Shown here: positions 55,108 through 64,000 of the stretch, piece after piece
Numbering within the stretch: position 1 is the first letter of the stretch
Layout of the letters: each line of letters begins with the position of its first letter
DNA from: Octopus vulgaris
Lineage: Eukaryota
DNA length: 64,000 bases
NCBI GenBank assembly: GCA_951406725.2
Contig: OX597817.1
Location: 159,340,001-159,404,000 of the forward strand
Reading direction: 5' to 3'
Translations under genes and position numbers: made by a program
The notes under the pieces: model-generated
The model's database searches: none
Told to the model about the DNA's origin: nothing
Seen by the model: the letters and a program-made list of their open reading frames with translations, nothing else

Positions 55108-55640
55108 CCATTCTTCGTCTAATTTGCTTGTCTTCTCTTCCCTCACATTTCACACAAGTTCATTCATTTCTCCGTTTGCTGTCGCTACCACCTTCTCTCA
55201 ATTTGGCCTCTATCTCTCTCTCTCTCTCTCTCTGCTTGTATTTTTTTTTTCTCTACCCTATCTCTCTTCCCGTAATTCATCCTACTCTCGCTCGCAGCCC
55301 TTTTTTCCTTTCTCCACGTTCTCTCTGCTGCACGTTTGTTCCTCTTTCCCATCCCATCCCTCCCTCCCTCCTACTCCCTCTAATCTCTTCTTTATTTCTC
55401 CCACTTCCACTCTCCTTTCATTCACCTGTTCTCCTTTCATTATCCCTTCTCTCCCCTTCACTTTCGCCTCTTCCCCTTCCCATCATTCCGTTCTCTTCTC
55501 AATGCTGTGCTATATTAACTCCTTCCCGCTTTTTCGCTTATTTCTTCCTCCTCTCTTTCTCTTCACTTTCCTTTTACTTTCCTTTCTCTCTCTCTCTCTC
55601 TCTCTCTGTGTTTATCTCTTCCCCCTCCCTCTCTCTTGCC
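54700..55640. repeat. Low-complexity pyrimidine-rich tract
   Basis: Strongly C/T-biased; explains the 354 and 383 aa F/L/S/P-rich ORFs. Confidence 0.85.
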
Positions 55641-56829
55641 AAGCTACCTTCACTCCATGACTACACACGAAACTATGCAGCCCAAGCTCGTCTGGAATGT
55701 TCCTCACTAAATACCTCTGACAGCCAGAAAACAACCTGTTTCACTCAGCTGCAACCGTGAGGGACATTTTGGATCGTCGGATTATGGCAGCTATCACGCG
55801 AATCCTTCAACATTCATTACCTATCGAACTCGTGGTATTGATGGGGGTGGGGGAGATGGCTGCGGAATTGATGGTGGTGGTGGCGGTAGATAGGATTGTT
55901 GTTGGTAGTGGCGGCGGCGGTATATAAGGTTGTTGGTGGTGGTTTATAGTAGTAGTAGTAGTAGTGATGGTAATTAATATAGGGCTACTGCTAGTATATA
56001 GGGGGGGGGGTGTAGTGGTGACGTTGGTGTTTCTTGGTGATGGTGGCGGTGGTAGTAGTGATGGTAACAAGTGTTGAAGTGATAAAAGTACTGGCAGAGA
56101 GATCTGACTGAAGGTGAATGGCAGTGAAAGAAGTGGTGTTGGTGAGAAGAATGGAGGTTATGATGGGTAGTGATGGTGTTGTAATAATAGGGATGAAATG
56201 TGGTAAACGTGAAGAGGAAAGTCAGCTGTCACCGATGGTCTATTCTCCACTGCATCACTTCTTGTTGCTGATGATGGCAAGGGATAGTCACATGCCACTG
56301 TAAAAAAACCCCAAAAAACAAACTCCAACGGGGTTGTTGTATGGAAGGGATGGCGAATCACATGTCACAACAAGGAATCCAAAGAGACACTGTTAATGAA
56401 TGGTGGTGGTGGCGGTGGTTGTAGTGTCGAAAGGATCCTAGTCACATGCCTCTACAAACATTCCCAAAGAGATGCGCTCTTAACGCTTGTGGGGATTGTA
56501 ATATAAATGGGATAGCTAGTCACATGCCTCTATTAGACGTGAACCTAATGGGGCCACTACGGAGCAAATTGTTTTTACTACTAATTGCGGTGATGGTCGT
56601 TGTAAGAGTGGTACTGGTAGATATGGTAGCGAAAATGGTGGTGTTGGTAAAACTGGTAGTGTAGGTCGAAGGTAACGATAATAACGGTGGTTCGCTGGTG
56701 TTGGTTGCAACAGTACAGTGGTCTGATGGTAAATGGTAGCGATAGTACTACTAGTGTGGTGGTAGTAGTATTGATGAGAGTGGTAGGAGTAGAAATATTA
56801 GCGCTTGTAAAGGAAATTAGGACAAGGTT

Positions 56830-57120
56830 GTTTACGATTTCGCATCATAAGGTCCCGGGTTCGTTCCCACTGTGTGGCATTTTTCACCACATCTTCGGGT
56901 CGATCACCAAATTTCGTGAACGAAACTAGGTGGATGAAACTGTGTGGAAGCCCTGTTATTCAAAGGGCCAGCCTTTTCACATTCTGTGTCACGCTGATTC
57001 CGCTCGCTGGTTAAGGACACGCGTACTTGTGGAATACATGGCCACTTCCCACTATAATTCAATGAATAAACAGATCAATTGATCGAACAACGGAGATAGT
57101 GATCGTTAAAACCAACGGAG
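56830..57120 (+). mobile_element. Old SINE: A-like head joined to B-like tail
   Basis: CCCGGGTTCGTTCCCACTGTGTGGCA...GAAACTG..GAAGCC followed by ATTCAAAGGGCCAGCCTT.TCAC..TCTGTGTCACGCTGA. Confidence 0.6.
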
Positions 57121-57126
57121 ATCCAT

Positions 57127-57168
<42 letters not shown>

Positions 57169-57569
57169 CAGCATACAGCTCTATTGATGGTTTTTGTTTG
57201 TGTATAGTCATGTTACGTATATGTCTGTGTGTGCGTTATTGCTGCACGTGATTGTGCGTACATGCATGTAACATGTTATTGCATGTTTGTAAAATGTGAT
57301 TCAGTGCATATGTGAATGCATAAACATGTTATGCACATGTTTCGCTCTACCTGACTGAATGTGCGTGTGTGTATGTGTAACGATGTATATACATCTTGTG
57401 TATGTTAAGTCTGAGAAGATGTTCTTTTCTTTCCTAAGTGTATCTGGGGCTACATTATCTTATGTGCTATATTTTTGAAGACGTTAGGTATGATTTGAAG
57501 AAATTTGGCTGATATTTTTACAACTGATGCAAAGATCTAGAGATTCTCTCTTTAACTGATGTCGATATG

Positions 57570-58160
57570 CGTATATAAATGCATTCGGTTTTACATGTTT
57601 CGTGTGTGTTAATGTGGCTAGCTACATGTCTCTGTTAATGCATGTGGTTTTATGTCAATGTTGTGTGACTAGCTACATGTTATCTATTAGTGTGTGGTTG
57701 GTTGGTTGGTTGCATGTTATGTCTGTGTGTAAATGCATGTGGTTTACATGTATGTATTAATGTGGTTTACATGTGTGTATTAATGTGTGGTTGGTTACAT
57801 GTTATGTCTGTGTGTAATGTGGTTTACATGTGTGTATTAATGTGTGGTTGGTTACATGTTATGTCTGTGTGTAAATGCATGTGTGTATTAATGTGTGGTT
57901 GGTTGCATGTTATGTCTGTGTGTAAATGCATGTGGTTTACATGTGTGTATTAATGTGTGTTGGTTGTTATGTCTTAATGTGTGTATAAATGCATGTAGTT
58001 TCACGTGTATGTATGTGGCTGGCTACATGTTATGTCTAATTGCGTATCTATTAATGCATGTGGTTTACATATTACGTGTGTTAACGTGTATGTGTGAATG
58101 CATGTGACTGTCTGCATGCTATTTATGTTAAGGTGTCAATGCGTATTTAATGCATGTTGT
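57570..58160. repeat. Degenerate ~50-65 bp tandem repeat (AATGCATGTGGTTTACATGTGTGTATTAATGTGTGGTTGGTTACATGTTATGTC)
   Basis: Read directly from the sequence. Confidence 0.85.
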
Positions 58161-58264
58161 TGTCTACGTGCAGGTTGTATGCTATGAGCTCAAATGTGTA
58201 CAAGAACATTGGTTGCACAAACTCTATATGGTCGTGTGCATACGAGCACACATCAACGTATTTC

Positions 58265-58300
<36 letters not shown>

Positions 58301-59910
58301 GTTTGGTCCCAGCTCAGTTTAATCCAGCATCCCTACATTGAAGTATCAAATCGTGACAATCCCATATTTCCACCCTGGTGTGGTATCTGTCTAGAACTGT
58401 ATTATCAAGTTTATCCCTTTTTGTAATACGAGAGGGTGGGATTTGATGGGTGCTGACTGCTATTTCTAGCAGGGTGAGCGACCACGTAGTAGATATACTC
58501 ACTGGTTCGTTTGTGTATGTTTGTAGACGTATTCAGTCCTAATTTGTGAAATCTAATACATTTTTGTATAATTATTCTGCTATTCTTTCTCTCGTCTGTC
58601 TCTCAAGTCGGCCCTGCTCGATATCATCAGGCTCTCTTTCTCTCTACTATTTTCATGTCTATATTTCTTTCTATTTCTGCTTGTCTGCCTCTTACTACCT
58701 CTTGCTTTCTTTCGACTGCCCCTCCCTCTCTTTCACACATGCACACTATTTGCTTTTAAGAATTTCCTAACATGTCAACGCAATCTGAGGTGAAGGAACT
58801 TTAGAAATTCCTCCGGTCACGTGTTAGTCCCCTTCCCGCCTTATCTCAGTGCATCAAGTCACCTAAAACGACCCGTATTGCTAACTACACTACGTATCCA
58901 ATTGTATGGGGATAACCCGTCTGGTCTTTCCTTTACGGAGTAACAAGGTTGTGATCAGTGGCGTAACTAGAGATATGCTGCCCCTTGAGTTTGCCAACGC
59001 CCCTGGGCCCACATACAAGCTTTGCCTGAGGCAGATCACCACCCTAGTCTCTTCCCCCAAAACACACACACACGTGCACAGATACTGAGCTGTGCACTTG
59101 ATGACTGATGATATGGTGAATTGTTAATGCTGATAATTATCCCAACCTTGCTCAGACATTTTAGTGGTTTGGTAAGGGTACTTCTCTGGATGGAAGGTCA
59201 GCACCCATGACCCTTTTTCGGTGCTGCCAAGACTGTTGCAAGGAAAGGATGTTGTCCTCAAACCAAATGTTTGAAAATTAATTATGATGATCTTTACTAA
59301 AGGCACTTAAAGGACCAAGCGGTGGTGTTAAATCCAAGCAATGAATCAAGTCTACCACTTAAGAACCACCCCTGTGCTGTGTGGGGACCAGTGTGTCAAA
59401 GAATAGTCCCAATGTTTCCTTTGAGAAACTTAAAATAGGTTCAGGTAGGATTTGCACTTTGCCCTCATTAAACCCTCACCAGCAACAGCTTCCCAAACTG
59501 ATCCAGCTACTTTGGGTTTGGAGTGTTGTCTGAGTGCTGCAAAGCTATCATTTACCAGGAGCAGGGAATACCAACAAATGGTAGGTGCAGCGATACACCG
59601 CTACAGCACAAGCCCCTGCCCCATCTCCCCACCTGACCTGATCCAAGAACTGGAACAAATACTGCAAGGCATCTCATCAAACCCTCGGACAAATCTGTGA
59701 GTCAACTGCACTGGACTGGTATTTAGTTCATTTTCACTCTGTTCCAAAAGTACCACCGCGCACCGGGTCTCATCAGTACCCGGACTCGTGATGCTGAGTG
59801 GGTCATCTTGAAGTAGCGTAAAATCCCACCCCGCGGGATGACCGGCCGGGGCATCCTGCGGCATGCGAAGGTGAAGTTAACCTCAGAAGGATTTGAACTT
59901 GCAATGCAGG

Positions 59911-60319
59911 CAGTGCTAGGTTTAACCATTTAAGCAAAAGAAGCACGTGCTTAGAGCATCAAGGGAAGGAGGGGGCACCACAGAAATGGTAAATGGTTTC
60001 TGGCACAAAGGAAATCACTTTAAACTTGCTAAAATAATATTTGAAGTGGTTTATATGATTGGAAATATAATTTCAAAGGGTTCCTAGTGAGGACTTGATC
60101 AAAGACTTTTTGTAATTAAAAATCTTGGAGAAAACTTTTCAAAGTAGAAGTTTACAAAAATAAACATTATTTTCCATCTTACTGTTACATTTGTTTAATT
60201 TTGAAAAGTAAAAATTTATTTTATGGTTTGATATTGTTTATACTTTGAATTACATTACGTATGGGGCTAACAGAATCTTTTAAATGTTTAGGACCTCTAT
60301 GGGTCTTAATCCAGCCCTG
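59911..60319. mobile_element. hAT-type MITE inserted in an old SINE C
   Basis: CAGTGCTAG.TTTAA / TTAATCCAGCCCTG ends and 8-bp TSD AATGCAGG/AGTGCAGG. Confidence 0.75.
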
Positions 60320-61292
60320 AGTGCAGGGAATTAGAAGAAGAAAAAAAAAAAAAACTATCACAAGGCCAAGGCATTTTTGTTCTCTGTTCTCTCAACCCTG
60401 CCAATTTGTTGCCTGAAATTTCCCAGGAGCCAAAATAGTCAACCATGGGATCATCATCATCACATCAGTGATTGTGATGGCATCACATGACTTTATTGAC
60501 CTCTGACATCAACCTTTTCCTCTTTAAATCTTAAAACTCTTCTCTTGCAATATTCCCACGATTAGGCTCGGCTCGTCTGATGATCATCATCTATCTCTCT
60601 TTGCCTCTTCACTTTCCCACTGCTGTACCACTCCTCACAGAACCCCCAGTTCTCTCTCTACCACCAGATCACTCTGTCCTCCTCTTCCTCCTCTGATTAC
60701 TGAGCTAAGTCTGCACCTTACCCCTCCCCCCCACCGACCATACTTACTGCTATTTCTGCATATTTCTTTCTTTCATAGTTCCTCCTCTTCCCCCAATTCT
60801 CTCTCTCTCTCTCTCTCTCTTGTTTCACCTCCTTCTCACTTCCCTCCATCTATGTCTTGACTTCTACTGCCTCCACTTCCTTCCCTCTGCCCCATCTTCA
60901 TGCACCCCCCCCCCCGGTACCACTTGCCTCTTTCTTCCCACTATCTCTACCACTGCCCCACCACCACCATCACTCAACAAGGGAGGTGGCTTTGCTAAGG
61001 TTGTTCAACCTGCTAGAAATGCAACCGACATTCTCCCTCGTCACATCATTCGTCTTAAAATAAAATGTGAGAGTAAAACATCAGAGAATATAGTGCTTTA
61101 TATTGCTCTAGACAGTCGAGAGGGTCATGGTTAGAATCCTCTTCATAAGCTGGTCTGGTACTATACACTACTAAACTACCACAACTAGTAATGTACCATA
61201 ACTGTACTCTAGTCATCATACTAAATCAGTTTGACTTCTATAGATTCTAATGTGGCAGTATAGTAGTGATTGTAGTGGTGTGATGTAATAAC

Positions 61293-61326
<34 letters not shown>

Positions 61327-62148
61327 TTATGATGTGGTGGCAGTAATTATTGTGCTGTGTGTATAAAGTTGTATGTGTAGAATTGTGATGCATCCTGACT
61401 TATAGCTTCATCTTCTTCACATCATATTCGTGCTCAGCTTTGCTAATAATAGCAGCCAAATCACTCACTGATCACACCCTGCTGTCTTTAAATAAATAAA
61501 TAAAGGTAAATGGAAAAGGTGTATTGGATGATGTAGTTCTGAATATTATATCTGAATAAAATAAAAACAGGATGATCAGATTTGGAATACCTTTGATCAG
61601 GGCTGACTTGGTGCTAAACTAAAACAAGCAGAGTCAAGTACTGAGCTCTTAAAAGTCCCCCAGGACTTAGAAAATGCCTGCATTCGAGGCCAGTGTGGGG
61701 TGGGGGGGGGGGCGCAACCGAGGCCGACACTTGGGGGCCAACCGAGGCCAGTGTTAGTTTGTATGTAAACTTGATTTCTTTTAAAAATATGTTGGAAACT
61801 TTTTCTTTGTTGTTGCTTGGCATCAGATCAACCTTGACCCAGCAAACAGATCACAGGCATTCCTAATTCTTAGCTTTGCTTGAAACTGGCTAGTTTCTCT
61901 TACTTGATGCTATGTAAACCTGCGTTAGTAAATGCGTCCTTTTCCTGTTTCCTAAAGATGATAGGGTATGGTTACAGGTGGTATCTGATTGTTATTTCTT
62001 GCAGGTTGATTGACTACATATATGCCATCTTGTTTTGGATTGAAAGCTGATAGTATCTGAGACTTGGTCACTTGATCCACTTTCACTTTTTAATGTTAAT
62101 AACATATTACTGGTTGTCAGGCGATGTGCGTAGAGAGAGACATCTAAG

Positions 62149-62534
62149 AGACGCATATAGTGGCTGTGTGGTAAGTAGCTTGCTAACCAACCACATGGTT
62201 CCGGGTTCAGTCCCACTGCGTGGCATCTTGGGCAAGTGTCTTCTGCTATAGCCCCGGGCCGACCAATGCCTTGTGAGTGGATTTGGTAGACGGAAATTGG
62301 AAGAAGCCTGTCATATATATGTATATATATGTGTGTGTGTTTGTGTTTGTCCCCCTAGCATTGCTTGACAACCGATGCTTGTGTGTTTACGTCCCCGTCA
62401 CTTAGCGGTTCGGCAAAAGAGACCGATAGAATAAGTACTGGGCTTACAAAGAATAAGTCCCGGGGTCAATTTGCTCGACTAAAGGTGGTGCTCCAGCATG
62501 GCCGCAGTCAAATGACTGAAACAAGTAAAAGAGT
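62149..62534 (+). mobile_element. SINE family A
   Basis: Full length. Confidence 0.9.
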
Positions 62535-62602
62535 ATAATATCATGTATATACATATATATTTAATGTGTATGTATGTATATATGTGTATATATGTATGTA
62601 TA

Positions 62603-62889
62603 TAGTGGTTTGGGCATTCGGCTTGCGATTGTAAGGCCGTGAGTTCAATTCCTGGCGACGCGTTGTGTCCTTGAGCAAGACACTTTATTTCATGTTGCTC
62701 CAGTCCACTCAGTTGGCAAAAATGAGTTGTACCTGTATTTCAAGGGTCCAGTGTTGTCGCACTCTGTGTCACGCTGAATCTTCCTGAGAACTACGTTAGG
62801 GGTACACGTGTCTGTGGAGTGCTCATGAGCAGGCTGTTCCGTTGATCGTATCAGCTGGGACCCTCGTCGTCGTAACCGACTGAGTGCTC
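62603..62889 (+). mobile_element. SINE with a distinct tRNA head + CORE/V-like block + family B tail
   Basis: GAGTTCAATTCC B-box, then GTGTCCTTGAGCAAGACACTT, then GTTGTACCTGTATTTCAA...CCCTCGTCGTCGTAACCGAC as in family B. Confidence 0.75.
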
Positions 62890-63184
62890 CTATGTATATA
62901 TGTATTGTTTTATTCTTTTACATGTTTCAATCATTTGACTGCAGCCAGGTGGAGGGGAATAACTCCCATTCATAACTGTTACATAGGCATGAAATTTTGG
63001 AGGAGAAGGCTAATCAATCATATTGACCCCCTCCCCCCCCCTTAGTGCTTGACCAATACTTATTTTGTTGACCCCAGCAGAATTTGAATTCATAATTTAA
63101 AGATAGAGAAAATGTCACTATGCATTTTGTTCAGTATACTAATTATTCTTCGATCTTACTGCCTTCTAAATGATGATAATAATA

Positions 63185-63950
63185 ACGAGCACTCAGAGAG
63201 GGCAAGCCTCTGCCTAAGAACACCAATGTCCTCTCAACAATTAGCCAGAGATGATTTTTAAAATGAGAATATCTGAAATAAACTCGACTGCTTTCACAAA
63301 CAAGAGTACTAAAAATGAACCTGGCCACTCTCAAAATTTCAGTTAAAAAAAAAAAAAAAAGCAGGTAAAATAATCCAGAATTTTTGTCTGGTACTGGATC
63401 AATCCCAAAATCTAATCAGTTCATGCCAGTCATGAGGCCAAACATCCCTGAAAGTTTCATCCAAATCCATCCAACTGTTCTTGAGATGGAAGCACTCCGT
63501 CGGTTACGACAATGAGGGTTCCGGTTGATCCGATCAACGGAACAGCCTGCTCGTGAAATTAACGTGTAAGTGGCTGAGCACTCCACAGACACATGTACCC
63601 TTAACGTAGTTCTCGGGGATATTCAGCGTGACACAGAGAGTGACAAGGCCAGCCCTTTGAAATACAGGTGCAACAGAAACAGGAAGTAAGAGTGAGAGAA
63701 AGTTGTGGTGAAAGAGTACAGCAGGGATCACCACCATCCCTTCTGGAGCCTCGTGGAGTTCTAGATGTTTTTGCTCAATAAACACTCACAACGCCCGGTC
63801 TGGGAATCGAAACCGCGATCCTACGACCGCGAGTCCGCTGCCCTAACCACTGGGCCATTGCGCCTCCTGTTCTTGAGATATCTTGTCCATGGACAAACAA
63901 ACAAACACAACTGAAAACAATACCTTTGCCTCTGCTAAGGCGGAGATAAT
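63185..63950 (-). mobile_element. Helentron-type non-autonomous element (HINE/DINE-1-like), interrupted by SINE B
   Basis: Subterminal IRs CTCCGCC / GGCAGAG, a terminal hairpin GCCCTCTCTGAGTGC, internal (GTTT)n and T-rich ends. Confidence 0.6.
63488..63867 (-). mobile_element. SINE family B
   Basis: Full length, with TSD CTGTTCTTGAGAT. Confidence 0.92.
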
Positions 63951-64000
63951 GATTTCAAATTTTTGCACATGGCCTGAAATTTAAAGAAGTGGGCAAGTTG

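Noticed and set aside
54596-55760. 354 and 383 aa ORFs
   Set aside because: A pyrimidine-rich tract that lacks stops; both frames are open and the composition is low-complexity.
59760-59790. CTGATGAG on the minus strand as a hammerhead core
   Set aside because: No stem II closed by GAAA.

Overview
AT-rich, repeat-dense animal genomic DNA. The tRNA-derived SINE families look like octopus (coleoid cephalopod) SINEs; this is recognition from memory, not a database search. I cannot support any intact protein-coding gene. The long ORFs in the track come from microsatellites, minisatellites or SINEs, and the only real protein signals are transposon relics. These are a fragmented ZMYM1-like hAT transposase (~2.8-5.8 kb), a mariner N-terminus, an RTE 3' end and two CR1/L2-type 3' ends. 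The rest is at least five SINE families that share and swap modules, hAT, mariner and GG..CC/8-bp-TSD (Merlin-like) MITEs, Helitron and Helentron-type non-autonomous elements, and many simple repeats. The most notable pattern is three long fold-back palindromes (6.5-7.2 kb, 29.96-30.18 kb, 30.39-30.64 kb), each centred on the 5' end of a different retroposon insertion. This suggests cDNA self-priming during retrotransposition as a recurrent source of dsRNA-forming hairpins. A CpG-depleted, G/T-skewed block at ~20-45 kb suggests a methylated intron of a + strand gene. Coordinates and identities were read by eye and are approximate.
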